From assembly GCF_001677475.2 (NCBI RefSeq), contig NZ_CP015229.1: a DNA stretch of 64,000 nt; one strand, given 5' to 3'. Below the pieces are notes generated by a model. That model worked only from the letters and a program-made list of their open reading frames with translations. It had not been told where the DNA came from and made no database searches. This DNA comes from Escherichia coli. Lineage in GTDB: Bacteria > Pseudomonadota > Gammaproteobacteria > Enterobacterales > Enterobacteriaceae. Positions 1 to 12,371 of this stretch are shown in pieces (within the stretch, counting starts at the first letter, position 1; each line of letters begins with the position of its first letter). Position numbers and translations under genes: made by a program.

Positions 1-68
1 CCGGCAATCATCGGGCCAACCACGATCCCCGCAATCAGCAACACAAAGAGCAATAACACTTTTAGCAT
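1..68 (-). CDS. hemY: HemY (heme biosynthesis-associated protein), N-terminal fragment; gene continues beyond window start
   Basis: Minus-strand ATG at 66-68 translating MLKVLLLFVLLIAGIVVGPMIAG, directly downstream of hemX as in hemCDXY operon. Confidence 0.6.
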   Translation of the reverse strand, partial: MLKVLLLFVLLIAGIVVGPMIA

Positions 69-70
69 GG

Positions 71-1288
71 TTATTCTCCTTGCGGCGCGGCTGCCGGAGT
101 ATCAGCTTGCGGTGCAGGTGCAGGTGCAGGTGCAGGTGCAGGTGCAGGTGCAGGTGCAGGTTTAGCTTCCGTTGTCCCCGCTGCCGGTTGTGCCAACAGG
201 TTACGCACGCGAGTCTGCATCAGTTTTTCCAGCATCGCCTGGCTTTGCAGGGTTTCCGGAAGATCCATCGAGATATTTTGCTGGCTTAACTGGTCCACCT
301 CGTCGAGGAATGCTTTGGTGGTGGCATCATCAGTATCGTAGTAAGCACGTACCCAGGTGGAGACGTTCTCCAGCGCCTGGCGATAAGTCTCTTCCTGATG
401 ACGCGGTACAGCTTGTGCAGCGACCAGCAGGCGAGAGCGAATATTTTCGCGCAGATAGATATCCTGATTTGGCGCTAACAGCGGTACGGCGGTGTCATCA
501 CGACGGCGAATCGTAATGAAGTTGTCCATAAAGTTCTGCCAGCTTTTTTGCAGATTGATACGCCATTCGCTGATGGAACTGGAAAGCTCTTCACCGTCGG
601 AATCCATCGGCGAACCATCGCTGTCATTATCGGCCAGACGCAGGTTATCTACCTGATTTGAAAGCTGATTAAGCTTAAGGATGATGCCGTCATAATCCAC
701 CTGCGATACTGCAGAAAGGCTGGCGATATCATCGGTAATTGCCCGACGAACGGTAATCAGACTCGGGTCATTCATATCCGCCAGGCTGGCATCTGCACTT
801 TTCAGCAACGCTGCAGCGGTCGTGACGTCTTGATCGCTCCACAGCTTCCGTCCTGCGAGTTTCACCAGAAAATCGGCCTGAGCCAGCAGCCAGGTTTTAG
901 CATCGCTGCCGGAAATGGTGGCGACCTTTTGTTGGACTTCATCCAACTGTTTTGCCAGCGTTTCTTGCTGACGATTCGCCTGCTTAAGCTGTGCAGCTTG
1001 TTGCTTAATAATGCCTTCCAGCTCGGCTTTTTGGCTCTCCTGGGCTTTTTGCAATGCCGTCAGTTGGTTAGCCAGGGCATCGCTGGTGGCGGTCTGATTG
1101 ACGGCCTGTTGTTTACCCCAGCCATACAAACCGACGCCCGCCGCCAGAGCAATCGCGATAGCCACCGCGCTGAGAATCAATGCGGTATTGTTCTTACTCT
1201 TTTTTTCTGTTGCGACAGGTTGTGACGTGGTGTCCACGGCCTCCCTGGTCTCTTCAACCACGGCGGAGGTTTTTTCTTGTTCCGTCAT
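71..1288 (-). CDS. hemX: HemX, uroporphyrinogen-III methyltransferase-like membrane protein
   Basis: 405-aa ORF; membrane anchor, coiled-coil Q/A-rich region, C-terminal (PA)n tail; position between hemD and hemY. Confidence 0.9.
   Translation of the reverse strand: MTEQEKTSAVVEETREAVDTTSQPVATEKKSKNNTALILSAVAIAIALAAGVGLYGWGKQQAVNQTATSDALANQLTALQKAQESQKAELEGIIKQQAAQLKQANRQQETLAKQLDEVQQKVATISGSDAKTWLLAQADFLVKLAGRKLWSDQDVTTAAALLKSADASLADMNDPSLITVRRAITDDIASLSAVSQVDYDGIILKLNQLSNQVDNLRLADNDSDGSPMDSDGEELSSSISEWRINLQKSWQNFMDNFITIRRRDDTAVPLLAPNQDIYLRENIRSRLLVAAQAVPRHQEETYRQALENVSTWVRAYYDTDDATTKAFLDEVDQLSQQNISMDLPETLQSQAMLEKLMQTRVRNLLAQPAAGTTEAKPAPAPAPAPAPAPAPAPQADTPAAAPQGE
109..160. repeat. Hexanucleotide tandem repeat (GGTGCA/GCAGGT)x8 inside hemX 3' end, encoding (Pro-Ala)n
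   Basis: Direct reading of sequence 109-160; translated on minus strand as [17 protein letters not shown]. Confidence 0.85.
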
Positions 1289-1309
1289 TATGGCTTCCTG
1301 TTATGAGAG

Positions 1310-2050
1310 TTATTGTAATGCCCGTAAAAGCGCATCGTTGTCAGCGTTATCGGCGACCTTAATGTCTTGCCAGCCCAGTTCCCGGGCGAGTTTCGCCAAA
1401 CGCTCACTGACGACCAATAGTCGACAGTGTAGTAACCAGTGCTCACGATACCATTGTGGGATCAGCGACCAGAGTTGCTGCAACATTTCACCGCTGGTAA
1501 CAACGACCGTCGTCACCTCGCGGGATTGCCAGCGCATCGCTTCTTCTGCACCATCGTAATGGATTGCGCATCGTTGATAACATTCACAAAAAGTGACCTC
1601 AGCACCGCGCGCCGTCAGGGTATCCCCAATTAGCTCACGACCGCCATTGCCACGTAATATCAGCGCACGTTTGCCCGCAATATTTTGTAATTCAGGTAAT
1701 TGTAGCAAGACTTCGCTGATTTCCCGATCCTGCGGGTAGAGAATCTTCTGTCCGCTTACGGTATGTAGCGCCAGTGCGGTGGTGCGTCCAATGGCGAAAT
1801 AATCAGGTAGTCGGGGCCATTTACGATCTTGCTGATGCAGCTGTGATTGGGCAAAAGCAACCGCGTGTTGCGAGAGGGCAAACAACAGATCGCTCTCCCC
1901 CAGCGCTGCCAGTTGATCAGCAAGTTGCGGTAATTGTCGACCCGGAGAAAACTCAATCAGCGGAAAATGCCAGGCCACCTGCCCCAGTGTGCGCAGACGG
2001 CTCACTAACTCTTCTCCAGCGGGAGACGGGCGGGTGACCAGGATACTCAT
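1310..2050 (-). CDS. hemD: Uroporphyrinogen-III synthase
   Basis: 246-aa ORF, ATGA overlap with hemC stop, operon context. Confidence 0.9.
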   Translation of the reverse strand: MSILVTRPSPAGEELVSRLRTLGQVAWHFPLIEFSPGRQLPQLADQLAALGESDLLFALSQHAVAFAQSQLHQQDRKWPRLPDYFAIGRTTALALHTVSGQKILYPQDREISEVLLQLPELQNIAGKRALILRGNGGRELIGDTLTARGAEVTFCECYQRCAIHYDGAEEAMRWQSREVTTVVVTSGEMLQQLWSLIPQWYREHWLLHCRLLVVSERLAKLARELGWQDIKVADNADNDALLRALQ

Positions 2051-2988
2051 GCCGGGGCGTCTCCGTTATAGACTTCAGCAAGGATCTCGCGCGCGCCGTT
2101 ATTCAGTAGCTCTTCTGCCAGCGAAATCCCCATTTGTTCGGCATCTTGCGGCGCACCGCGGCGTTCACCGCGAATAATCTGCGAACCGTCCGGCGCGCCG
2201 ACCAGCGCACGCAGCCAGATTTCGCCATCAATAAGCTCGGCGTAGCTACCAATTGGCACCTGACATCCGCCTTCGAGACGGGTATTCATGGCGCGTTCTG
2301 CGGTAACGCGCAGTGCAGTTTCGTGGTGATTCAGCGCGGCAAGCAGCTCGCGAGTGCGTGTATCATCAAGGCGGCATTCAATGCCCACCGCACCTTGTCC
2401 TACCGCCGGAAGAGAAATCTCGGGTGGCAACGCGGCGCGAATACGTGACTCCAGACCTAAACGTTTTAGTCCGGCTACGGCAAGAATGATGGCATCGTAT
2501 TCGCCGTTATCCAGTTTGCTCAGGCGAGTGCCGACGTTGCCGCGCAGGGAGCGGATAATCAGATCCGGGCGGCGTTCAGCCAGTTGGCACTGGCGACGTA
2601 AACTGGACGTCCCGACGATACTGCCTGCCGGTAACGCATCCAGACTGTCATAGTTATTGGACACAAAGGCATCGCGAGGATCTTCACGCTCGCAAATAGT
2701 GACCAGCCCCAGACCTTGCGGGAATTCAACCGGCACATCTTTCATTGAATGTACGGCGATATCGGCGCGATTTTCGAGGAGCGCGATTTCCAGCTCTTTA
2801 ACAAATAAGCCTTTTCCGCCTACTTTCGCCAGCGGCGTATCAAGAATCACATCGCCGCGCGTCACCATCGGTACCAATTCAACGACCAGGCCCGGATGGC
2901 TCGCCATCAACTTGTCTTTGACATAGTGTGCCTGCCAGAGTGCAAGTGGGCTTTGGCGTGTGGCAATTCTTAAAACATTGTCTAACAT
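2047..2988 (-). CDS. hemC: Porphobilinogen deaminase (hydroxymethylbilane synthase)
   Basis: ORF 2047-3009; start placed at internal Met ([22 protein letters not shown]...) to give 313 aa. Confidence 0.9.
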   Translation of the reverse strand: MLDNVLRIATRQSPLALWQAHYVKDKLMASHPGLVVELVPMVTRGDVILDTPLAKVGGKGLFVKELEIALLENRADIAVHSMKDVPVEFPQGLGLVTICEREDPRDAFVSNNYDSLDALPAGSIVGTSSLRRQCQLAERRPDLIIRSLRGNVGTRLSKLDNGEYDAIILAVAGLKRLGLESRIRAALPPEISLPAVGQGAVGIECRLDDTRTRELLAALNHHETALRVTAERAMNTRLEGGCQVPIGSYAELIDGEIWLRALVGAPDGSQIIRGERRGAPQDAEQMGISLAEELLNNGAREILAEVYNGDAPA

Positions 2989-3009
2989 GCTTGTTACCGT
3001 CATTATCAT

Positions 3010-3374
3010 CCGTGGTCCATCCTAACATCCTTGCCAGAGCGATGTCAGTGTTGTGGTGAAACGTAGACGCCTGCGCAAACCGTAAAATGAGGTCTGGCAG
3101 TGGATCCTGACAGGCGTTTCACGCCGTCGTAATAAGGAATTTACAGAGAATAAACGGTGCTACACTTGTATGTAGCGCATCTTTCTTTACGGTCAATCAG
3201 CAAGGTGTTAAATTGATCACGTTTTAGACCATTTTTTCGTCGTGAAACTAAAAAAACCAGGCGCGAAAAGTGGTAACGGTTACCTTTGACATACGAAATA
3301 TCCCGAATGCCGCGTGTTACCGTTGATGTTGGCGGAATCACAGTCATGACGGGTAGCAAATCAGGCGATACGTC
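3010..3374 (+). promoter_or_regulatory. hemC/cyaA divergent promoter region (cyaA promoters, CRP-responsive)
   Basis: 365-bp intergenic region between divergent hemC and cyaA; TTGACA-like hexamer near 3286; established cyaA regulation. Confidence 0.45.
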
Positions 3375-5921
3375 TTGTACCTCTATATTGAGACTCTGAA
3401 ACAGAGACTGGATGCCATAAATCAATTGCGTGTGGATCGCGCGCTTGCTGCTATGGGGCCTGCATTCCAACAGGTCTACAGTCTACTGCCGACATTGTTG
3501 CACTATCACCATCCGCTAATGCCGGGTTACCTTGATGGTAACGTTCCCAAAGGCATTTGCCTTTACACGCCTGATGAAACTCAACGCCACTACCTGAACG
3601 AGCTTGAACTGTATCGTGGAATGTCAGTACAGGACCCACCGAAAGGTGAGCTTCCAATTACTGGTGTATACACCATGGGCAGCACCTCGTCCGTAGGGCA
3701 AAGTTGTTCCTCTGACCTGGATATTTGGGTCTGTCATCAATCCTGGCTCGATAGCGAAGAGCGCCAGTTACTACAACGTAAATGCAGCTTGCTGGAAAGC
3801 TGGGCCGCCTCGCTGGGTGTGGAAGTCAGCTTCTTCCTGATTGATGAAAACCGCTTCCGTCATAATGAAAGCGGCAGCCTGGGGGGTGAAGATTGTGGCT
3901 CCACCCAGCATATACTGCTGCTTGACGAATTTTATCGTACCGCCGTGCGTCTCGCCGGTAAGCGTATTCTGTGGAATATGGTGCCGTGCGACGAAGAAGA
4001 GCATTACGACGACTATGTGATGACGCTTTACGCGCAGGGCGTGCTGACGCCAAATGAATGGCTGGATCTCGGTGGCTTAAGCTCGCTTTCTGCTGAAGAG
4101 TACTTTGGTGCCAGCCTTTGGCAGCTCTACAAAAGTATCGATTCTCCATACAAAGCGGTGCTGAAAACACTGCTGCTGGAAGCCTATTCCTGGGAATACC
4201 CGAACCCACGTTTGCTGGCGAAAGATATCAAACAGCGTTTGCACGACGGCGAGATTGTATCGTTTGGTCTCGATCCGTACTGCATGATGCTGGAGCGTGT
4301 TACTGAATACCTGACGGCGATTGAAGATTTTACCCGTCTGGATTTAGTACGTCGCTGCTTCTATTTAAAAGTGTGCGAAAAACTCAGCCGTGAACGCGCT
4401 TGCGTAGGCTGGCGTCGCGCAGTGTTGAGCCAGTTAGTGAGCGAGTGGGGTTGGGACGAAGCTCGTCTGACAATGCTCGATAACCGCGCTAACTGGAAGA
4501 TTGATCAGGTGCGTGAGGCGCACAACGAGTTGCTCGACGCGATGATGCAGAGCTACCGTAATCTGATCCGCTTTGCGCGTCGCAATAACCTTAGCGTCTC
4601 CGCCAGCCCGCAGGATATTGGCGTACTGACGCGTAAACTGTATGCCGCGTTTGAAGCGTTACCGGGTAAAGTGACGCTGGTAAACCCGCAGATTTCGCCC
4701 GATCTCTCGGAACCGAACCTGACCTTTATTTATGTGCCGCCGGGCCGGGCTAACCGTTCCGGTTGGTATCTGTATAACCGCGCGCCAAACATTGAGTCGA
4801 TCATCAGCCATCAGCCGCTGGAATATAACCGTTACCTGAATAAACTGGTGGCGTGGGCATGGTTTAACGGCCTGCTGACCTCGCGTACCCGTTTGTATAT
4901 TAAAGGTAACGGCATTGTCGATTTGCCTAAGTTGCAGGAGATGGTCGCCGATGTGTCACACCATTTCCCGCTGCGCCTGCCTGCACCGACGCCAAAAGCG
5001 CTCTACAGCCCGTGTGAAATTCGCCATCTGGCGATTATCGTTAACCTGGAATATGACCCGACAGCTGCGTTCCGCAATCAGGTGGTGCATTTTGATTTCC
5101 GTAAGCTGGATGTCTTCAGCTTTGGCGAGAATCAAAATTGCCTGGTAGGTAGCGTTGACCTGCTGTACCGCAACTCGTGGAACGAAGTGCGTACGCTGCA
5201 CTTTAACGGCGAGCAATCGATGATCGAAGCCCTGAAAACCATTCTCGGCAAAATGCATCAGGATGCCGCACCGCCAGATAGCGTGGAAGTCTTCTGTTAT
5301 AGCCAGCATCTGCGCGGGTTAATCCGTACTCGCGTGCAGCAACTGGTTTCTGAGTGTATTGAATTGCGTCTTTCCAGCACCCGCCAGGAAACCGGGCGTT
5401 TCAAGGCGCTGCGCGTTTCTGGTCAAACCTGGGGCTTGTTCTTCGAACGCCTGAATGTATCGGTACAGAAACTGGAAAACGCCATCGAGTTTTATGGCGC
5501 TATTTCGCATAACAAACTACACGGCCTGTCAGTGCAGGTTGAAACCAATCACGTCAAATTACCGGCGGTGGTGGACGGCTTTGCCAGCGAAGGGATCATC
5601 CAGTTCTTCTTCGAAGAAACGCATGACGAGAATGGCTTTAATATTTACATTCTCGACGAAAGCAACCGGGTTGAGGTGTATCACCACTGCGAAGGCAGCA
5701 AAGAGGAGCTGGTGCGTGACGTCAGTCGCTTCTACTCGTCATCGCACGACCGTTTTACCTACGGCTCAAGCTTCATCAACTTCAACCTGCCGCAGTTCTA
5801 TCAGATTGTGAAGGTTGATGGTCGTGAACAGGTGATTCCGTTCCGCACCAAATCGATTGGCAACATGCCGCCTGCCAATCAGGATCACGACACGCCGCTA
5901 TTACAGCAGTATTTTTCGTGA
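3375..5921 (+). CDS. cyaA: Adenylate cyclase (class I)
   Basis: 848-aa ORF with TTG start; N-terminus [31 protein letters not shown] matches CyaA. Confidence 0.95.
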   Translation: MYLYIETLKQRLDAINQLRVDRALAAMGPAFQQVYSLLPTLLHYHHPLMPGYLDGNVPKGICLYTPDETQRHYLNELELYRGMSVQDPPKGELPITGVYTMGSTSSVGQSCSSDLDIWVCHQSWLDSEERQLLQRKCSLLESWAASLGVEVSFFLIDENRFRHNESGSLGGEDCGSTQHILLLDEFYRTAVRLAGKRILWNMVPCDEEEHYDDYVMTLYAQGVLTPNEWLDLGGLSSLSAEEYFGASLWQLYKSIDSPYKAVLKTLLLEAYSWEYPNPRLLAKDIKQRLHDGEIVSFGLDPYCMMLERVTEYLTAIEDFTRLDLVRRCFYLKVCEKLSRERACVGWRRAVLSQLVSEWGWDEARLTMLDNRANWKIDQVREAHNELLDAMMQSYRNLIRFARRNNLSVSASPQDIGVLTRKLYAAFEALPGKVTLVNPQISPDLSEPNLTFIYVPPGRANRSGWYLYNRAPNIESIISHQPLEYNRYLNKLVAWAWFNGLLTSRTRLYIKGNGIVDLPKLQEMVADVSHHFPLRLPAPTPKALYSPCEIRHLAIIVNLEYDPTAAFRNQVVHFDFRKLDVFSFGENQNCLVGSVDLLYRNSWNEVRTLHFNGEQSMIEALKTILGKMHQDAAPPDSVEVFCYSQHLRGLIRTRVQQLVSECIELRLSSTRQETGRFKALRVSGQTWGLFFERLNVSVQKLENAIEFYGAISHNKLHGLSVQVETNHVKLPAVVDGFASEGIIQFFFEETHDENGFNIYILDESNRVEVYHHCEGSKEELVRDVSRFYSSSHDRFTYGSSFINFNLPQFYQIVKVDGREQVIPFRTKSIGNMPPANQDHDTPLLQQYFS

Positions 5922-5960
5922 TGAGCGTGCCGGAAAGCGAAGCTTATCCGGCATGCAATA

Positions 5961-6281
5961 TTAGCGGAAACTGACTGTTTCACCCGCCTGCTGCGTCGCC
6001 GCCTGTTCCAGCAAATCCCAGAAGGTTTCGCCGCTACGATCACAAATCCACTCATCGCCTTTCAGATCAAAATGGTAGCCGCCCTGTTTGGTTGCCAGCC
6101 ATACCTGGTGCAGCGGTTCCTGGCGGTTGATAATGATTTTGCTGCCGTTTTCAAAGGTAATGGTCAGTACACCGCCGTTGATTTCGCAGTCGATATCGCT
6201 GTCGCCATCCCAGTCGTCCAGGCGTTCTTCAATGGTCAGCCAGAGTTGATCAGCCAGGCGATGAAATTCACTGTCGTTCAT
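5961..6281 (-). CDS. cyaY: Frataxin homolog CyaY (iron-sulfur cluster assembly)
   Basis: 106-aa [36 protein letters not shown]; convergent with cyaA. Confidence 0.9.
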
Positions 6282-6743
6282 TGTTGTATCCTGTTTTTAA
6301 GTGATGGCGGCAGTATAGCGGCATGGGGTCAGGGCTTCAAAGTTTGCACCTCTGCGGCTGCGTTACGGCATGATTCATCCGTCACCGGAATAATGATGTC
6401 TCTGTGTAGCGAAAGATTTGTCTCTTCATTAGGGCGCAGTTACACCACGCCTTTCCCTGTTTCTGGTAAACATTATGATCAGGTTTACCGAGCGAGCATC
6501 CTCACGCTGACGGAACTAAAAAAGCCAACAAACAAACCACATTGCGATAGTGCATAAAGCCATCCTGGCACGAGGTGCCGATCACGAAACTGCCAGCAAA
6601 ACATAAATCGCCACGTGTAAGCGTTATACTCGCAGCATTTCCTCACTTTTCAGACTTCATAAAGAGTCGCTAAACGCTTGCTTTTACGCCTTCTCCTGCG
6701 ATGATAGAAAGCAGAAAGCGATGAACTTTACAGGCAATCCATA

Positions 6744-6947
6744 ATGAAAAACGTGTTTAAGGCACTCACTGTATTACTTACTCTCTTCAGCCTGACGGGC
6801 TGCGGTCTGAAAGGTCCGCTCTATTTCCCGCCTGCAGATAAAAACGCACCGCCGCCGACCAAACCGGTAGAGACGCAAACGCAATCCACGGTGCCGGATA
6901 AAAACGACCGTGCCACTGGCGATGGTCCATCCCAGGTGAATTACTAA
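6744..6947 (+). CDS. yifL: Small lipoprotein YifL
   Basis: 67-aa ORF with lipobox LTGC, immediately upstream of dapF. Confidence 0.8.
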   Translation: MKNVFKALTVLLTLFSLTGCGLKGPLYFPPADKNAPPPTKPVETQTQSTVPDKNDRATGDGPSQVNY

Positions 6948-6983
6948 AAGTCAGTTTCTGTACCCGCGTGATTGGAGTAAATG

Positions 6984-7808
6984 ATGCAGTTCTCGAAAAT
7001 GCATGGCCTTGGCAACGATTTTATGGTCGTCGACGCGGTAACGCAGAATGTCTTTTTTTCACCGGAGCTGATTCGTCGCCTGGCGGATCGGCACCTGGGG
7101 GTAGGGTTTGACCAACTGCTGGTGGTTGAGCCACCGTATGATCCTGAACTGGATTTTCACTATCGCATTTTTAATGCTGATGGCAGTGAAGTGGCGCAGT
7201 GCGGCAACGGCGCGCGCTGCTTTGCCCGTTTTGTGCGTCTGAAAGGGCTGACCAATAAGCGCGATATCCGCGTCAGCACCGCCAACGGGCGGATGGTTCT
7301 GACCGTCACCGATGATGATCTGGTTCGCGTAAACATGGGCGAGCCCAACTTCGAACCTTCCGCTGTGCCGTTTCGCGCTAACAAAGCGGAAAAGACCTAT
7401 ATTATGCGCGCCGCCGAGCAGACAATCTTATGTGGCGTGGTGTCGATGGGAAATCCGCACTGCGTGATTCAGGTCGATGATGTCGATACCGCGGCGGTAG
7501 AAACGCTTGGTCCTGTTCTGGAAAGCCACGAGCGTTTTCCGGAGCGCGCCAATATCGGTTTTATGCAAGTGGTTAAGCGCGAGCATATTCGTTTACGCGT
7601 TTATGAGCGTGGGGCAGGAGAAACCCAGGCCTGCGGCAGCGGCGCATGTGCGGCGGTGGCGGTAGGGATTCAGCAAGGTTTGCTGGCCGAAGAAGTACGC
7701 GTGGAACTCCCCGGCGGTCGTCTTGATATCGCCTGGAAAGGTCCGGGTCACCCGTTATATATGACTGGCCCGGCGGTACATGTCTACGACGGATTTATTC
7801 ATCTATGA
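6984..7808 (+). CDS. dapF: Diaminopimelate epimerase
   Basis: ORF 6981-7808; start at second Met gives 274 aa; [17 protein letters not shown] motif. Confidence 0.9.
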
Positions 7809-8512
7809 AGCAACCAGGGGAAGAACTGCAGGAAACACTCACGGAGCTTGATGACCGGGCGGTTGTCGATTATCTGATTAAAAATCCTGAGTTTTTTATC
7901 CGCAATGCGCGCGCAGTTGAAGCGATACGTGTGCCGCATCCGGTACGCGGCACCGTTTCGTTGGTCGAATGGCACATGGCCCGTGCACGTAATCATATTC
8001 ATGTTCTGGAAGAGAACATGGCGTTGTTGATGGAGCAGGCTATCGCCAACGAAGGGCTGTTTTATCGCTTACTCTACTTGCAGCGCAGTCTCACCGCCGC
8101 CAGCAGTCTCGATGATATGCTGATGCGCTTTCACCGCTGGGCGCGCGATCTCGGCCTGGCGGGTGCGAGTCTGCGCCTGTTTCCGGATCGCTGGCGCTTA
8201 GGTGCGCCGTCGAACCACACTCATCTGGCATTAAGCCGTCAGTCTTTCGAACCGCTGCGTATTCAGCGTTTGGGGCAGGAACAGCACTATCTTGGGCCAC
8301 TTAACGGACCAGAGCTGCTGGTGGTGCTACCGGAAGCGAAAGCGGTGGGATCGGTGGCGATGTCGATGCTGGGAAGCGATGCTGATTTGGGTGTCGTGCT
8401 GTTTACCAGTCGCGATGCCAGTCACTATCAACAAGGGCAGGGAACGCAGTTACTTCATGAAATTGCGCTGATGTTGCCGGAGCTTCTGGAGCGTTGGATT
8501 GAACGCGTATGA
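7805..8512 (+). CDS. yigA: DUF484 protein YigA
   Basis: 235-aa ORF overlapping dapF stop and xerC start (operon dapF-yigA-xerC-yigB). Confidence 0.85.
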
Positions 8513-9405
8513 CCGATTTACACACCGATGTAGAACGCTACCTACGTTATCTGAGCGTGGAGCGTCAGCTTAGCCCGATAACCCTGCTTAACTATCAGCG
8601 TCAGCTTGAGGCGATCATCAATTTTGCCAGTGAAAACGGCCTGCAAAGCTGGCAGCAATGTGATGTGACGATGGTGCGCAATTTTGCTGTACGCAGTCGC
8701 CGTAAAGGGCTGGGAGCAGCAAGTCTGGCGTTACGGCTCTCTGCGCTACGTAGCTTTTTTGACTGGCTGGTCAGCCAGAACGAACTCAAAGCTAACCCGG
8801 CGAAAGGTGTTTCGGCACCGAAAGCGCCGCGTCATCTGCCGAAAAACATCGACGTCGACGATATGAATCGGCTGCTGGATATTGATATCAACGATCCCCT
8901 TGCTGTACGCGACCGTGCAATGCTGGAAGTGATGTACGGCGCGGGTCTGCGTCTTTCCGAGCTGGTGGGGCTGGATATAAAACACCTCGACCTGGAGTCC
9001 GGCGAAGTGTGGGTGATGGGGAAAGGCAGCAAAGAGCGCCGCCTGCCGATTGGTCGCAACGCTGTGGCGTGGATTGAGCACTGGCTTGATTTGCGCGACC
9101 TGTTTGGTAGCGAAGACGACGCGCTTTTTCTGTCGAAACTGGGCAAGCGTATCTCCGCGCGTAATGTGCAGAAACGCTTTGCCGAATGGGGCATAAAACA
9201 AGGGCTGAATAATCACGTTCACCCGCATAAATTACGTCACTCGTTCGCTACGCATATGCTGGAGTCGAGCGGCGATCTTCGTGGTGTGCAGGAGCTGCTG
9301 GGTCATGCCAACCTCTCCACCACGCAAATCTATACTCATCTTGATTTTCAACACCTTGCCTCGGTGTACGATGCGGCGCATCCACGCGCCAAACGGGGGA
9401 AATAA
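8509..9405 (+). CDS. xerC: Tyrosine site-specific recombinase XerC
   Basis: 298-aa ORF; C-terminal [10 protein letters not shown]...[15 protein letters not shown] catalytic motifs. Confidence 0.9.
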
Positions 9406-10121
9406 TGCGTTTTTACCGGCCTTTGGGGCGCATCTCGGCGCTCACCTTTGACCTGGATGATACCCTTTACGATAACCGTCCGGTGATTTTGCGCACCGAG
9501 CGAGAGGCGCTTACCTTTGTGCAAAATTATCATCCGGCGCTGCGCAGCTTCCAGAATGAAGATCTGCAACGCCTGCGCCAGGCGGTACGGGAAGCGGAAC
9601 CCGAGATTTATCACGACGTGACGCGCTGGCGTTTTCGTTCGATTGAACAAGCCATGCTCGACGCCGGGCTGAGTGCCGAAGAAGCCAGTGCAGGCGCACA
9701 CGCAGCAATGATCAACTTTGCCAAATGGCGCAGCCGAATCGATGTCCCGCAGCAAACCCACGACACCTTAAAACAGCTGGCGAAGAAATGGCCGCTGGTG
9801 GCGATCACCAACGGTAACGCCCAGCCGGAGCTGTTTGGTTTAGGGGATTATTTTGAGTTTGTGTTGCGCGCTGGCCCGCACGGGCGCTCAAAACCGTTCA
9901 GCGATATGTACTTCCTGGCGGCGGAAAAACTCAACGTGCCGATCGGCGAGATCTTACATGTCGGGGACGATCTCACCACTGACGTGGGTGGGGCAATTCG
10001 CAGCGGAATGCAGGCCTGTTGGATCAGACCGGAAAATGGCGATCTGATGCAAACCTGGGACAGCCGTTTACTCCCGCATCTGGAAATTTCCCGGTTGGCA
10101 TCTCTGACCTCGCTGATATAA
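9405..10121 (+). CDS. yigB: HAD-family FMN/5-amino-6-(5-phospho-D-ribitylamino)uracil phosphatase YigB
   Basis: 238-aa ORF with HAD motif FDLDDTLYD. Confidence 0.85.
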
Positions 10122-10130
10122 TCAGCAAAT

Positions 10131-10146
10131 CTGTATATATACCCAG
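10131..10146 (+). promoter_or_regulatory. LexA (SOS) box of uvrD promoter
   Basis: CTGTATATATACCCAG matches CTGT-N8-ACAG consensus ~60 bp upstream of uvrD start. Confidence 0.7.
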
Positions 10147-10204
10147 CTTTTTGGCGGAGGGCGTTGCGCTTCTCCGCCCAACCTATTTTTACGCGGCGGT
10201 GCCA

Positions 10205-12367
10205 ATGGACGTTTCTTACCTGCTCGACAGCCTTAATGACAAACAGCGCGAAGCGGTGGCCGCGCCACGCAGCAACCTTCTGGTGCTGGCGGGCGCGGGC
10301 AGTGGTAAGACGCGCGTACTGGTGCATCGTATCGCCTGGCTGATGAGCGTGGAAAACTGCTCGCCATACTCGATTATGGCGGTAACGTTTACCAACAAAG
10401 CGGCGGCAGAGATGCGTCATCGTATTGGGCAGCTGATGGGCACCAGCCAGGGCGGCATGTGGGTCGGCACCTTCCACGGGCTGGCGCACCGTCTGCTGCG
10501 TGCGCACCATATGGACGCCAATCTGCCGCAGGATTTTCAGATCCTCGACAGCGAGGACCAGCTACGCCTGCTCAAACGCCTAATCAAGGCGATGAACCTC
10601 GACGAGAAGCAGTGGCCGCCGCGCCAGGCAATGTGGTACATCAACAGCCAGAAAGATGAAGGCCTGCGTCCACATCATATTCAAAGCTACGGTAATCCGG
10701 TGGAGCAGACCTGGCAGAAGGTGTATCAGGCGTATCAGGAAGCGTGTGACCGCGCGGGCCTGGTGGACTTCGCCGAGCTGCTGCTACGTGCTCACGAGTT
10801 GTGGCTTAACAAGCCGCATATCCTTCAGCACTATCGCGAACGGTTTACCAATATCCTGGTGGACGAATTCCAGGATACCAACAACATTCAATACGCGTGG
10901 ATCCGCCTGCTGGCGGGCGATACCGGCAAAGTGATGATCGTTGGCGATGACGATCAGTCAATCTACGGCTGGCGCGGAGCGCAGGTGGAGAATATTCAGC
11001 GTTTCCTCAATGATTTCCCCGGTGCTGAAACTATCCGTCTGGAGCAGAACTACCGCTCTACCAGCAATATTCTGAGCGCCGCGAACGCCCTGATTGAAAA
11101 CAACAACGGGCGTTTGGGTAAAAAACTGTGGACCGATGGCGCGGACGGTGAGCCTATTTCCCTCTATTGCGCTTTTAACGAACTCGACGAAGCGCGTTTT
11201 GTGGTTAACCGTATCAAGACCTGGCAGGACAACGGTGGGGCGCTTGCCGAGTGCGCCATTCTCTACCGCAGCAACGCCCAGTCGCGTGTACTGGAAGAGG
11301 CCTTATTACAGGCGAGTATGCCGTACCGTATTTACGGCGGGATGCGCTTCTTCGAACGCCAGGAAATCAAAGATGCGCTCTCGTATCTGCGCCTGATTGC
11401 CAACCGTAACGACGACGCGGCCTTTGAGCGTGTGGTGAATACGCCAACGCGGGGTATTGGTGACCGGACGCTGGACGTGGTACGTCAGACATCGCGCGAT
11501 CGCCAGTTAACACTCTGGCAGGCATGTCGTGAACTGTTGCAGGAAAAAGCCCTCGCCGGACGTGCTGCCAGTGCCTTGCAACGGTTTATGGAACTGATCG
11601 ACGCCTTAGCGCAGGAAACTGCCGATATGCCGCTGCATGTACAGACTGACCGGGTCATTAAAGACTCCGGCCTGCGCACCATGTACGAGCAGGAGAAGGG
11701 CGAAAAAGGCCAGACGCGTATCGAAAACTTAGAGGAACTGGTGACGGCGACGCGCCAGTTCAGCTACAACGAAGAAGACGAAGATTTAATGCCGCTGCAG
11801 GCGTTCCTCTCCCATGCGGCACTGGAAGCAGGTGAAGGGCAGGCGGATACCTGGCAGGATGCGGTGCAGTTGATGACGCTACACTCGGCGAAAGGTCTGG
11901 AGTTCCCGCAGGTGTTTATCGTCGGTATGGAAGAGGGCATGTTCCCAAGCCAGATGTCGCTGGATGAAGGCGGACGTCTGGAAGAAGAACGCCGTCTGGC
12001 CTACGTTGGCGTAACCCGCGCGATGCAGAAACTGACGCTGACCTACGCGGAAACCCGCCGTCTGTATGGCAAAGAAGTTTACCATCGCCCGTCGCGCTTT
12101 ATCGGCGAGCTGCCGGAAGAGTGTGTGGAAGAGGTGCGCCTGCGCGCCACGGTAAGCCGCCCGGTCAGCCATCAACGGATGGGTACGCCGATGGTCGAGA
12201 ACGACAGCGGCTACAAGCTCGGCCAGCGCGTACGCCACGCTAAGTTTGGTGAAGGCACCATCGTCAATATGGAAGGCAGTGGCGAGCATAGCCGTTTGCA
12301 GGTGGCATTCCAGGGCCAGGGTATTAAATGGCTGGTGGCGGCTTACGCCCGGTTGGAGACGGTGTGA
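10205..12367 (+). CDS. uvrD: DNA helicase II (UvrD)
   Basis: ORF 10019-12367; start at internal Met (MDVSYLLDSLNDKQREAVAAP...) gives 720 aa; Walker A GAGSGKT. Confidence 0.95.
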   Translation: MDVSYLLDSLNDKQREAVAAPRSNLLVLAGAGSGKTRVLVHRIAWLMSVENCSPYSIMAVTFTNKAAAEMRHRIGQLMGTSQGGMWVGTFHGLAHRLLRAHHMDANLPQDFQILDSEDQLRLLKRLIKAMNLDEKQWPPRQAMWYINSQKDEGLRPHHIQSYGNPVEQTWQKVYQAYQEACDRAGLVDFAELLLRAHELWLNKPHILQHYRERFTNILVDEFQDTNNIQYAWIRLLAGDTGKVMIVGDDDQSIYGWRGAQVENIQRFLNDFPGAETIRLEQNYRSTSNILSAANALIENNNGRLGKKLWTDGADGEPISLYCAFNELDEARFVVNRIKTWQDNGGALAECAILYRSNAQSRVLEEALLQASMPYRIYGGMRFFERQEIKDALSYLRLIANRNDDAAFERVVNTPTRGIGDRTLDVVRQTSRDRQLTLWQACRELLQEKALAGRAASALQRFMELIDALAQETADMPLHVQTDRVIKDSGLRTMYEQEKGEKGQTRIENLEELVTATRQFSYNEEDEDLMPLQAFLSHAALEAGEGQADTWQDAVQLMTLHSAKGLEFPQVFIVGMEEGMFPSQMSLDEGGRLEEERRLAYVGVTRAMQKLTLTYAETRRLYGKEVYHRPSRFIGELPEECVEEVRLRATVSRPVSHQRMGTPMVENDSGYKLGQRVRHAKFGEGTIVNMEGSGEHSRLQVAFQGQGIKWLVAAYARLETV

Positions 12368-12371
12368 CGTT

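Noticed and set aside
80-289. 69-aa plus-strand ORF rich in RC repeats ([18 protein letters not shown]...)
   Set aside because: Artefact of translating the hemX (GCAGGT)n repeat on the opposite strand; lies entirely within hemX.
5922-5960. Weak inverted repeat (GCCGGA-N12-TCCGGC) between convergent cyaA and cyaY
   Set aside because: Short stem with no U-tract; could be a partial REP or terminator, but evidence is too weak to call.
6072-6557. 161-aa plus-strand ORF overlapping cyaY and the cyaY-yifL intergenic region
   Set aside because: Mostly antisense to cyaY, with no recognisable domain or RBS context; the 462-bp intergenic region is more likely a divergent promoter region. A weak hairpin (GGTAAAC-N11-GTTTACC near 6465-6489) was noted but not called.
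10019-10204. Upstream extension of the uvrD ORF to 782 aa
   Set aside because: It overlaps the yigB 3' end and the LexA box/promoter; the known UvrD N-terminus starts at MDVSYLLD (720 aa).
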